From the NCBI GenBank assembly GCA_039683175.1, contig JBDKRX010000019.1:49423-113422 (forward strand): 64,000 nt of DNA, written 5' to 3'. The stretch's first letter is position 1. Each line of letters starts with the position of its first letter. Positions 15,607 through 24,156 of the stretch are shown here, piece after piece. The position numbers were made by a program, and so were the translations under genes. The stretch is from Phycisphaerales bacterium. GTDB lineage: Bacteria; Planctomycetota; Phycisphaerae; Sedimentisphaerales; Anaerobacaceae. The notes beneath the pieces are model-generated. The model was not told where the DNA came from. It searched no databases and saw only the letters and a program-made list of their open reading frames with translations.

Positions 15607-18417
15607 ATGTTCAGAAAAGCACTATTTTCATCGGTCTTGTTGATCGGATTGTCTGTCCTCGCTGCGCAGGCGACTCCCATTGAAATCGAGAACCCGAGTT
15701 TCGAGCTGCCGGGCACGAGCAAGCAGACGAATTTCACGAACGTCCCCGGCTGGAGCACGGACACGGTGGCTGCCGATTCCGGCGTCGAGACGGGCTACAC
15801 CCCGACGGATGGGACGTGGACTGCCTTCCTCCGAGGCGAAGCAACCGACCCGTCGATCTGGCAGTTGACCAATCACGAGATTGTCCGCGGCGATGTCTTT
15901 GAGTTGAAGGTCGATGCCCGAAGCACCTCTGCGGCGACGACCCTGCGAATGACGCTCTACTATGACGACAATGGCGTCCGAACCGTGGCGGCGACTCAGG
16001 ATGTGACCATCACGGACACCATGACCGCGTACACCCTGTCTCTCGATTCGACCACAGTCCCGGCCTCGGCAGGCCACAAGATCGGCGTCGAGTTCGCCAA
16101 CGTCACCGGCTCCGGCACCTGGCTCGGTCTGGACCTCGTTCGCCTGGAGCTCATCAAGGCCGGTTCGACGGGCGGCGCTCTTTCGCCCCTCCCCGCCGAC
16201 ATGGCGACCGATGTGTACAGGGACGCGGTCCTTGCCTGGACGCCCGGACCGTGGGCGGATACGCACAACGTCTATTTCGGCGTCTCGTTCGCCGACGTCA
16301 ACGACGCCGACGTGGCGAACCCGCTGGGTGTGCTGGCCTCCGAGGGGCAGGACGCCAACACGTTCGATCCCGGTCGTCTCGAGATCGGCCAAACGTATTA
16401 CTGGCGCATCGACGAAGTGAATGCCCCGCCCATCTCGACGGTCTTCAAGGGCGACGTGTGGAGTTTCACCGTCGAGCCGTATTCCTATGCCATTGCCGGC
16501 GGTCGCATCACCGCGACGGCCTCCAGCTCGAACGCTGCGACCACGGGACCGGACAAGACCATCGACGGTTCCGGCCTGAACGACAGTGATCAGCATTCTA
16601 TGGACCTCGACGACATGTGGCTCAGTGCCAAGGGTGGCCCGAAGCCGGTCTGGATACAGTATGAGTTCGACCGATTGTGTGCATTGGACCGGGTCATTGT
16701 GTGGAATTCGAACCAGACGCTCGAAGCCATGATCGGTCTTGGAGCCAGAAACGTCACGGTCGAGCATTCTGCCGACGGCGTTGCCTGGACGACGCTGGGC
16801 GATTTTGAGTTTGCCCAGGCCGACGGGACGGAGACATACGTCGCGAATACGACGGTCGAGTTCGGCGAGGTCGCAGCGAAATACGTCAGACTGACCATCC
16901 AGGACAACTGGGGCGGTCTGTCGCCTCAGTGCAGTCTGAGCGAGGTGCGGTTCTACGCGGTGCCGCTGGCAGGCCGAGAGCCTGTCCCGGCCTCCGGCGC
17001 GACCGACGTGGCCCCGAATGTGACGTTGAGTTGGCGCGCCGGACGCAACGCTGCTTCTCACCGGGTCTGTCTGAGCACGAACCAACAGGCGGTGATCGAC
17101 GGAACCGCTCCCACGACTGTGACATCGGAACCGAGCTACGAGGTGGTCGTCGATCTGGCCGCGACTTATTTCTGGAAGGTTGTGGAAGTCAACGAGGCCG
17201 AGAGTCCCGCGTCCTGGGAAGGCGAGGTCTGGAGCTTCTCCACCGCCGACTCCATCGTGATCGACGACTTCGAGAGTTACACAGACGACGACGGCAACGC
17301 CATCTTTGATTTCTGGATCGATGGCTGGCAGGTCGAGACCAACGGTTCGCTCGTCGGTTACGAGGATTCCCCATTCGCCGAGCAGACGATCATCCACGGC
17401 GGAGCGCAATCCATGCCGCTGGCCTACGAGAACACGACCGGCACGATGACCTCTGAGGCCGTGCTGACGTTCGATGACGCACAGGATTGGACGAGGGCCG
17501 GCGTTACGACGCTTTCCCTGTACTTCCGCGGCACGGTGGGCAACACCACGAGCATGCCGCTGTGGGTGGAAGTGGCCGACCAGAGCAACAAGAGCGTCAA
17601 GGTCACCTTCGGCGACGCCGGCGAGGATGCAACGGCCCTGGCGGACGCCGCCTGGACCGAATGGAATATTCCGCTGGGCAGTCTCAGCGGGCTGAACCTG
17701 GCTCGCGTCGAGTCGATCACGATCGGCTTGGGACCGGGTCTGGGCTCGGGAATGCTGTTCATCGACGACATCCAGTTGTACCCCAAGCGAGAGGTCGTCA
17801 CGCCTTCGGAGGCAGTGCTCGTCGGGCACTGGAAGCTCGACAGCAATGCCCAGGACAGTTCCGGCAACGGCAACAACGGCGCCCTCACCGGCAACCCGAC
17901 GTTTGCGACCGCGGGCCGGATCGGCACCGCCTTGATCCTGGACGGCATCGACGATTACGTCAATTGCGGCAATGGCGCCACGCTGAACATCACCGATGCG
18001 GTCACGCTCTCGGCGTGGATCAAACCCGACGACGCCGCCAACAGCGAGCACAATCCCTTCGTCGCCAAGGGCGACACCAGCTATGCGCTCAAGCACAACA
18101 CCACGAACACCATCGAGTTCTTCATCTACGATGGCGCCTGGTACGCGGTCAACAGCGAAACCCTGACGACAGACTTCAGCGGCGCCTGGCACCACGTGGC
18201 CGGAACCTATGACGGCGTCCAGTTGAAGCTCTTCGTCGATGGCGTTCTGGTCGGCAGCAACCTGCACACGGGCGACATCGACTCGGTCACGTACGACGTC
18301 AACATCGGGCGCGATTCTCAGAACACGGACCGCTTCTACGATGGACAGATCGACGACGTGCGGATCTACCACGGCGCGTTGCCGAAGTCGGAGATCCTCA
18401 AGCTGGCCAACCCGTAA
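15607..18417 (+). CDS. secreted multidomain protein with F5/8 type C (discoidin) and C-terminal LamG/concanavalin-A-like domains
   Basis: Signal peptide (LLIGLSVLAAQA). Discoidin-like DKTIDGSGLN...WIQYEFD...VIVWNSNQ. LamG_3-like LVGHWKLD...GNNGALTG...LSAWIKPD...WHHVAGTYDG...LFVDGVLVG...DDVRIYHGAL. Confidence 0.8.
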   Translation: MFRKALFSSVLLIGLSVLAAQATPIEIENPSFELPGTSKQTNFTNVPGWSTDTVAADSGVETGYTPTDGTWTAFLRGEATDPSIWQLTNHEIVRGDVFELKVDARSTSAATTLRMTLYYDDNGVRTVAATQDVTITDTMTAYTLSLDSTTVPASAGHKIGVEFANVTGSGTWLGLDLVRLELIKAGSTGGALSPLPADMATDVYRDAVLAWTPGPWADTHNVYFGVSFADVNDADVANPLGVLASEGQDANTFDPGRLEIGQTYYWRIDEVNAPPISTVFKGDVWSFTVEPYSYAIAGGRITATASSSNAATTGPDKTIDGSGLNDSDQHSMDLDDMWLSAKGGPKPVWIQYEFDRLCALDRVIVWNSNQTLEAMIGLGARNVTVEHSADGVAWTTLGDFEFAQADGTETYVANTTVEFGEVAAKYVRLTIQDNWGGLSPQCSLSEVRFYAVPLAGREPVPASGATDVAPNVTLSWRAGRNAASHRVCLSTNQQAVIDGTAPTTVTSEPSYEVVVDLAATYFWKVVEVNEAESPASWEGEVWSFSTADSIVIDDFESYTDDDGNAIFDFWIDGWQVETNGSLVGYEDSPFAEQTIIHGGAQSMPLAYENTTGTMTSEAVLTFDDAQDWTRAGVTTLSLYFRGTVGNTTSMPLWVEVADQSNKSVKVTFGDAGEDATALADAAWTEWNIPLGSLSGLNLARVESITIGLGPGLGSGMLFIDDIQLYPKREVVTPSEAVLVGHWKLDSNAQDSSGNGNNGALTGNPTFATAGRIGTALILDGIDDYVNCGNGATLNITDAVTLSAWIKPDDAANSEHNPFVAKGDTSYALKHNTTNTIEFFIYDGAWYAVNSETLTTDFSGAWHHVAGTYDGVQLKLFVDGVLVGSNLHTGDIDSVTYDVNIGRDSQNTDRFYDGQIDDVRIYHGALPKSEILKLANP

Positions 18418-18547
18418 TCCGGGTGACGCCTTCCTACCACATGCGTGACATCACAAGGGCCGTGGGGCATCTCTCACGGCCCTTTCTATGTGTCCGCTCG
18501 GCGGGGATCTTCGATGGTCGAGGCGGAAAGCCATCGCAATATTTCGG

Positions 18548-18575
18548 TTGACACGCTATATGTTGATCCTACAAT
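18548..18575 (+). promoter_or_regulatory. near-consensus sigma70 promoter upstream of nrdR
   Basis: TTGACA (18548-18553), 16-nt spacer, TACAAT (18570-18575). Confidence 0.6.
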
Positions 18576-18599
18576 AGGCCATACAGCTATATGGTGTAG
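18553..18599 (+). promoter_or_regulatory. two tandem NrdR-box-like operators
   Basis: ACGCTATATGTTGATC and CAGCTATATGGTGTAG share the core CTATATGKTG. The cores are 31 bp apart (18556 vs 18587). Box 1 lies in the -35/-10 spacer and box 2 just downstream of the -10. Confidence 0.6.
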
Positions 18600-18682
18600 T
18601 AGGATCGATGGTGTGTGGGACGGATGGCCGGGTGGCACACTTCGGTCGGGGTGGTTGTTATTCAGGGAGGTCGAGTTGGGCT

Positions 18683-19174
18683 GTGAGATGTCCTTTCTGC
18701 AAGGAAGACAGCGATAAGGTCATCGATTCGCGTTCCAGCGACTCGGGACGTGTGATCCGCCGGCGGCGTCAGTGCCTTGCCTGCGAGCGGCGTTTCACCA
18801 CCTACGAGCGGACCGGCGAGAGCTTCAAGCTGCACGTGGTGAAGAAGGACAAGTCCCGCGTGCCGTACGAGCGGGAGAAGATCATTGCCGGTTTGCAGAA
18901 GTCCTGCTACAAGCGACCCGTCTCCGCCGAGCAGATCCAGCAGGTGGCCGACAAGACCGAGGAGGACGTCTTCCGCAACTTCGACAAGGAAGTGACCTCC
19001 GCCTTCATCGGCGAGTGCGTGATGAAGCACCTGCGCGATGTCGACAAGGTCGCGTACATCCGCTTCGCCAGCGTCTATCGCGAGTTCGACGACGCGGGCG
19101 AGCTGATCGACGAGGTCAGCAAGGCGATCCGGGAGTCGGAACCGGCCGAGCAACTCAAACTTTTTGAGCATTAG
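18683..19174 (+). CDS. nrdR: transcriptional repressor NrdR (zinc ribbon + ATP-cone)
   Basis: RCPFCK...CLACERRFTTYE zinc ribbon followed by an ATP-cone (VVKKDKSRVPYEREKI). GTG at 18683 is in frame and preceded by GGGAGG; the ORF-track start 18608 is probably too long. Confidence 0.9.
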   Translation: MRCPFCKEDSDKVIDSRSSDSGRVIRRRRQCLACERRFTTYERTGESFKLHVVKKDKSRVPYEREKIIAGLQKSCYKRPVSAEQIQQVADKTEEDVFRNFDKEVTSAFIGECVMKHLRDVDKVAYIRFASVYREFDDAGELIDEVSKAIRESEPAEQLKLFEH

Positions 19175-19210
19175 GAAAGTGGGGTTCGGAAAGATGGGAG
19201 ATCGGCGGAA

Positions 19211-19368
19211 GTCTGAAATTCGAAGCACGAAACCCGAAATCCGAAACAAATTCCAAGGACCGAAATTCCAATGACCGAAACGCGGTCGCCCGCCGGGGTG
19301 CCGTTTGGGATTTTGGATTTCGAGCCTTCGTGTTTGTTTCGGATTTCGAGTTTCGGATTTCGTGCTTG
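19211..19368. repeat. heptad-periodic palindromic intergenic element, copy C
   Basis: CTGAAATTCGAAGCACGAAACCCGAAATCCGAAACAAATTCCAAGGACCGAAATTCCAATGACCGAAACG ... CCGTTTGGGATTTTGGATTTCGAGCCTTCGTGTTTGTTTCGGATTTCGAGTTTCGGATTTCGTGCTTG. Confidence 0.9.
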
Positions 19369-19393
19369 TCCGGCAAGGAGGCAGACGGCTCAC

Positions 19394-19975
19394 ATGCGCA
19401 AGCAATTGCAGGTTACCAAAGCCGATGGGACGACGGAGGAGTACATCCACACGAAGGTGGTCGGGACGATCAACAACGCTCTGGCCGCCGCAGGCCAGGC
19501 CGATATGATGATGGCCGAGGACCTGGCCGAAGTGGTGACCTACTACCTCTACCGCAACCAGGACCAGAAACAGGTCAGCTCCAGCGAGATTCTCTCCATG
19601 ATCAAGGCGGTTCTTGTTTCGACCGGTTTCGAGCTGGCGGCGGTCGCCTTGGGCGAGCACGCCCTCGAACGGCGTCTGAACCGTTCTCGCACGGAGGTCC
19701 TCGCGGTGGACGTGCAGGACTTTGCCGACGTGGAACGGGTCTTTCGAACCCGCCGGCCGCCTGAGCGGGTCCCCTGGGACAAGAGCAGGATCATCGATGA
19801 GCTGACCAGCGAACTGGGGCTCTCGCGACAGACTGCTCGCGTGGTTGCCGCTATGGTGGAGGAGCGGATCTTCAGCATGGGCATGACCCAGGTCCCGCAG
19901 AGCCTGCTCAAGCAGCTCGTCCTCGGCGAGGCTGTCGCGGTGCTCCGGGCCCAGGAAGAGCTGCAGACGGTCTGA
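19394..19975 (+). CDS. stand-alone protein with two ATP-cone-like domains
   Basis: MRKQLQVTKADGTTEEYIHTKVVGTI (first cone) and VPWDKSRIIDELTSELGLSRQTARVVAAMVEERI (second cone), with no catalytic domain. AGGAGG upstream of the ATG at 19394; the ORF-track start 19271 lies in repeat C. Confidence 0.65.
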   Translation: MRKQLQVTKADGTTEEYIHTKVVGTINNALAAAGQADMMMAEDLAEVVTYYLYRNQDQKQVSSSEILSMIKAVLVSTGFELAAVALGEHALERRLNRSRTEVLAVDVQDFADVERVFRTRRPPERVPWDKSRIIDELTSELGLSRQTARVVAAMVEERIFSMGMTQVPQSLLKQLVLGEAVAVLRAQEELQTV

Positions 19976-19991
19976 GGTCCCTCGTCTCACC

Positions 19992-20026
19992 GGATCGGTC
20001 GCGTGGGTCCCATCCGCCCTATCGGG
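19992..20026. repeat. tandem 9-mer array related to K1/K2 (GTCGCGTGG GTCCCATCC GCCCTATCG), copy K3
   Basis: Period-9 units of GTCCYAT type, overlapping and following the miaA stop codon (20019-20021). Confidence 0.55.
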
Positions 20027-20954
20027 CCAATTCTCTCTTCGCCCGCTCGATCACGGCTTCGGCAGGCTCCTCTGTTCCCACGTCGATCCAGCGGACTCCC
20101 TTGAACGTCTTGAACCAGGTGCGCTGGCCCTTTGCGAGCCGGCGGGTGTTCTTCTTGATCTCCTCGACGGCGTCCTCCAGGTTCATTCTACCCTGGAGGT
20201 GCTCGATGATCTCGGCGTACCCGATCGCACATCGTGCCTGCCGGCTCAGGGGCTTCTCCTCCGTCAGGAGCGACCTGACTTCCTGGACCAGGCCCAGCTC
20301 GATCATTTTCTTGACACGGGCGTTCATTCTTTGGCTCTCCTCGGTCTTCTCCCGCCGAAGGCCCAGGATGGTCCAGTCGTGCATCGGTTGCTGAGCGTCG
20401 AACTGCTTCTGAAAACTCGATATGGGCTTGCCGGTCAGGCGGTAGACCTCCAGGGCGCGGATGATGCGTTTGGCGTCGTTCGGGTCGATCCGGCCGGCGG
20501 CCTCCGGGTCGATCTGACACAGGGCTTTGTGCAATTTTGCGGGCCCGTCGCGCTGGGCCTGCGCCCGCAGCTCGGCGCGAATCAGCTCATCGCTGCCGGG
20601 GCCCTCGAAAAGACCGTAGAGCAGGGCCTTGATATACAGAGCGGTGCCGCCCACCGCGACGACGACTCTGCCCCGCCTGCGGATGTCATCAATTGCGGCG
20701 AGGGCCCTCTCCAGGAACAGGCCCACGCTGAACGACTCGCTCGGCTCGACCACGTCGATCAAATGGTGCGGGACCTGCTGCTGAGCTTCGCGGGAAGCCT
20801 TGGCGGTGCCGATATCCATGCGGCGATACACCTTCATGGAATCCACGCTGATGATCTCGCCGCCCAGGGACTTTGCCAGCTCGAAGCCAAGCCGGGCCTT
20901 GCCGGAGGCGGTCACGCCCAGGACCAGAATCATTGACGATCTGTTGTTTTCCAT
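20019..20954 (-). CDS. miaA: tRNA dimethylallyltransferase
   Basis: P-loop GVTASGKA, ISVDSMKVYRRMDIGTAK, HHLID. Confidence 0.9.
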   Translation of the reverse strand: MENNRSSMILVLGVTASGKARLGFELAKSLGGEIISVDSMKVYRRMDIGTAKASREAQQQVPHHLIDVVEPSESFSVGLFLERALAAIDDIRRRGRVVVAVGGTALYIKALLYGLFEGPGSDELIRAELRAQAQRDGPAKLHKALCQIDPEAAGRIDPNDAKRIIRALEVYRLTGKPISSFQKQFDAQQPMHDWTILGLRREKTEESQRMNARVKKMIELGLVQEVRSLLTEEKPLSRQARCAIGYAEIIEHLQGRMNLEDAVEEIKKNTRRLAKGQRTWFKTFKGVRWIDVGTEEPAEAVIERAKRELAR

Positions 20955-21059
20955 TTACACTCTGCTGTTGGATCCCATCTGCTGCTCCAGGCGCTGTCGG
21001 ACGCACGATCAGACCCAATTGTAAATGGTAAATGCTGAATAGTAAATTCGCCTTGTTCT

Positions 21060-21962
21060 ATGTCATCTTCCATGGCCAACTCAGACTTCGACCGCTCGCT
21101 GAGCGAACGGGTACAGATCGTTAACGACACGCTTGACCGGCTCCTCGCCGAGCAGAAAGAAATCCCGGACGACCTGCAGCAAGCGCTTCGGTACACGCTC
21201 TCGTCGCCGGGCAAGCGGATTCGCCCGGCCTTGGTGCTGTGGTGCTGCGAGCTGGTGGGCGGGCGTGACAACGCCGATGCCCGGCTTGCGGCGGCTGCCG
21301 TCGAGATGGTGCACACGTATTCGCTCGTGCACGACGATCTGCCTGCGATGGACGACGACGATCTTCGTCGGGGCCGGGCAACCTGCCACAAGGCTTTCGA
21401 CGAGGCGACCGCGATCCTGGCGGGCGATGGACTTCTGACACTTGCCTTCGAGGTCCTTGCGGAGGGGGTGAGCAATCCGAAGCTCGCGGTGAGTCTCGTC
21501 CGCGAGTTGGCACAGGCGGCGGGTCCGGCGGGCATGATTGCCGGGCAGATCGCCGACCTCAAGGCCGAGAACACGGCTGGCACCGTCGAGGCGCTGGAGT
21601 ACATTCACATCAACAAGACCGCCAAGATGTTTCGCTGCGCGACCCTCATGGGCGCCCTGTGCGGCGGGGCGAACGCCAGACAATTGGAGGCGCTCGGTCG
21701 ATATGGCCTGAAGATCGGTCTGGGCTTCCAGATCGCCGACGACATCCTCGACGTCAGCGCCTCCAGCGAGCAACTGGGTAAGACTGCCGGCAAGGACGTC
21801 GCGGCTGCGAAATGCACGTACCCGGCGGTCGTGGGCATGGAGAGAGCCAGGGAGATGGCTTGTTCGCTGGCCCACGAAGCGGTAACGGCGCTGGAACCCT
21901 TCGGCGACCGCGCCGAGATCCTGCGCCGGTTGGCCCTGGCTTTGCTGGACCGCAACCGATAG
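21060..21962 (+). CDS. ispA: short-chain polyprenyl (farnesyl/geranylgeranyl) diphosphate synthase
   Basis: GKRIRPAL, first DDxxD region LVHDDLPAMDDDDLRRGRATCH, second FQIADDILD, GKTAGKD. Confidence 0.85.
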   Translation: MSSSMANSDFDRSLSERVQIVNDTLDRLLAEQKEIPDDLQQALRYTLSSPGKRIRPALVLWCCELVGGRDNADARLAAAAVEMVHTYSLVHDDLPAMDDDDLRRGRATCHKAFDEATAILAGDGLLTLAFEVLAEGVSNPKLAVSLVRELAQAAGPAGMIAGQIADLKAENTAGTVEALEYIHINKTAKMFRCATLMGALCGGANARQLEALGRYGLKIGLGFQIADDILDVSASSEQLGKTAGKDVAAAKCTYPAVVGMERAREMACSLAHEAVTALEPFGDRAEILRRLALALLDRNR

Positions 21963-21983
21963 CCGCGTCTGACGTATTCCCCG

Positions 21984-22023
21984 AAAAAAAAATCCTCGCG
22001 AAAAAAATTTGCGCGGAGCGAGG
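21984..22023 (-). terminator. minus-strand intrinsic terminator candidate
   Basis: On the minus strand: CCTCGC...GCGAGG stem (inner CGCG/CGCG) followed by ATTTTTTTTT. It lies about 620 nt downstream of the glyA stop. Confidence 0.5.
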
Positions 22024-22240
22024 TCCTTCATATCAGTATTGGCATAAGCGGCGTAGCGTCTCGTACCGAGCCGACCCAAAGGCCACGACCGAGAAACACC
22101 CATTCTCTGTATTGATAGCCCGAGCCGGCGAAAAGGCCCGGAATTGGCTTGCGCCCGGGGGGTTCCTGAGCCTCGCAGATCGACTAAGGAAAATCTGCAA
22201 CGTGCGCCGATACGGACGGTAGACCATTGAGGATTGATGC

Positions 22241-22468
22241 ATGAAGACATGGATCGTCGTCACGGAAATCTTCCTTCTCGGGTTGTGGATCGATGACTGG
22301 GGACTGGCAATCGAAGGCGCAGTCGCCCATCCCCGCCGGGCGATTCACGATCCCGAGACCAACGAGCCAACACACCTTCAAACCACGTTTTCAGACTCAT
22401 CGAACAACTCGTTTCCACAGAAGTGGACCTGTCCGCTCTCGGTTCGACCGCCGCCTCTGCGGGAATGA
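22241..22468 (+). CDS. possible small hydrophobic-N-terminus protein (75 aa), unsupported by homology
   Basis: GAGGA 8 nt upstream of the ATG, hydrophobic N-terminus MKTWIVVTEIFLLGLWI, and a terminator about 55 nt after the stop. GC3 is weaker than in neighbouring genes. Confidence 0.3.
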   Translation: MKTWIVVTEIFLLGLWIDDWGLAIEGAVAHPRRAIHDPETNEPTHLQTTFSDSSNNSFPQKWTCPLSVRPPPLRE

Positions 22469-22521
22469 GAAATGCACGATCTGACAGATCGATAGAACAG
22501 GATTTACGGTTACAAGCCAAC

Positions 22522-22557
22522 AGGCCATAAGCCAGCACCTTATGGCCTACTTTTTTG
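22522..22557 (+). terminator. rho-independent terminator
   Basis: AGGCCATAA-GCCAGCACC-TTATGGCCT followed by ACTTTTTTG. Confidence 0.75.
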
Positions 22558-22560
22558 CGC

Positions 22561-22612
22561 GCATGGAACCGCAGCATGGGACCGATAGGACCCGTGGGAC
22601 GTATGGGATGAA
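22561..22612. repeat. tandem 9-mer array (CATGGGACC GATAGGACC CGTGGGACG TATGGGATG), copy K2
   Basis: Period-9 units of the same type as K1, 30-80 nt downstream of the glyA stop (22641). Confidence 0.7.
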
Positions 22613-22640
22613 CCGACTGGATCGGTACGGAGGGCGACCT

Positions 22641-24083
22641 CTACTGCATCGGGAACCTGAGGCACAGGTTGTGGACCTGCTCGCGAATCCCTTCTGCGAA
22701 GGCAGGATCGAGATGGTACTCCCTCTCGCTGAGGATCTCGACGTGCGTCAGGACGCGATCCACCAGTTGCGAGACGATCTGCATCTCGGCAGGGTGCATG
22801 CCGTTTTTCGTGACGATGGGCGTGCCCAGCCGCATTCCGCTGGTGATGCGGGCATTGTGGCTGTCATAGGGCAGCCGGTTCATATTCACGATGATGCCGC
22901 AGTCTTCGAGACTCTTCTGGGCGATCAGGCCGGTCAATCCATTCCCGGATGCCGCCGTGTGGCGGGGGCGGAGGTTGGCGACGTTAATCAGGCACATGTG
23001 ATTGTCGGTGCCGCCGGTCAGAACGTCGTAGCCCAAGCGTACGAATTCCTGAGCCATCGCCTTGGCGTTCTCTACGATCCGCGACTGTCTGTTCCTGTAC
23101 TCGTCGCCCAACATTTCCTTGAAGAACACCGCTTTGGCGGCGATGTTGTTCAGGTAGGGGGTGCCCTGGAATCCCGGGAAGGTGGCCTTCTCAATCCGTT
23201 CCCAGAGGGGGATGGTCCTGCTGCCGGCCTGGAAGGGCCGGTCGAAGTCGCGGCCCATCAGGATCAGGCCGCCGCGAGGGCCGCCCGGCTTGTACGTGCT
23301 GGTCGTCGTGAAGTGGGCGTGGTCCACCGGGGAGGGATGAACGCCCGCGGAGATCAGGCCGGAGATGTGCGAGACATCGGCCATCAGATACGCGCCGACC
23401 TCGTCGGCGATGGCGCGGAACCTGGCGAAATCGATGGTTCGCGAGTACGCGGTGGCCCCGCAGATAATCAACCTGGGGCGGAACCGCACGGCCTGCTCCC
23501 GGATCGCGTCATAGTCGAGCAGGAAATCGTTTGGACGGACGTGGTAGTGCTCGATCTCGAAGATCTTGCCCGCGAGGGCGACCGGGGCGCCGTGCGAGAC
23601 GTGCCCGCCCTGATCCATGGCCAGGCTCAGGATTCGATCCCCTTTTTCGAGGATCGCCACCAGGACGATCTGGTTGGCGCTCGTGCCGGAATGAGGCTGC
23701 ACGTTGGCGTACTTGGCGCCGAAGGCCTCCCGTGCCCGGCTGATGGCGAGCGTTTCGAGACAATCGACGACCTCGCACCCGCCGTGGAAGCGGGCGCCGG
23801 CGAATCCCTCCGTCGTCTTGTTCTGGACGACCGAGCCGAGGGCCGCCAGGACGGCGCGGGAACACTGGTTCTCCGCCGCGATCAGTTGCAGGGTGTTCTG
23901 CTGGCGGTTGTACTCCTGGGTAAGAAGCCCGTATACGTCGGCATCGGCGCCCTCCAGCGTATTCAGAAGCCCGCGATGGTATTGCTCGTTGCTCAGCGAT
24001 TTCTGGGTCGCCGGCTCGATGATCTCGTAGACCGGCTTGTCAACGCGCGAGAGCGTCTCGCCGGCATGTTTGTCCACCAACAT
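22641..24083 (-). CDS. glyA: serine hydroxymethyltransferase family protein (long, divergent)
   Basis: LIAAENQCS, NVQPHSGTSAN, the PLP-Lys region TTTSTYKPGGPRGG, and GTP. Confidence 0.8.
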   Translation of the reverse strand: MLVDKHAGETLSRVDKPVYEIIEPATQKSLSNEQYHRGLLNTLEGADADVYGLLTQEYNRQQNTLQLIAAENQCSRAVLAALGSVVQNKTTEGFAGARFHGGCEVVDCLETLAISRAREAFGAKYANVQPHSGTSANQIVLVAILEKGDRILSLAMDQGGHVSHGAPVALAGKIFEIEHYHVRPNDFLLDYDAIREQAVRFRPRLIICGATAYSRTIDFARFRAIADEVGAYLMADVSHISGLISAGVHPSPVDHAHFTTTSTYKPGGPRGGLILMGRDFDRPFQAGSRTIPLWERIEKATFPGFQGTPYLNNIAAKAVFFKEMLGDEYRNRQSRIVENAKAMAQEFVRLGYDVLTGGTDNHMCLINVANLRPRHTAASGNGLTGLIAQKSLEDCGIIVNMNRLPYDSHNARITSGMRLGTPIVTKNGMHPAEMQIVSQLVDRVLTHVEILSEREYHLDPAFAEGIREQVHNLCLRFPMQ

Positions 24084-24156
24084 GGGTAAACCTTCAAATC
24101 CTTTCTCCGGTTGCGTCAGATACTACCTACGAGATTTTATCGGCAGTGACCCCTTC

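Noticed and set aside
22436-22460. tRNA-like T-arm string GGTTCGACC.
   Set aside because: The flanking bases do not form a 5-bp T stem, and no acceptor, D or anticodon arms can be drawn. I treat it as a chance match.
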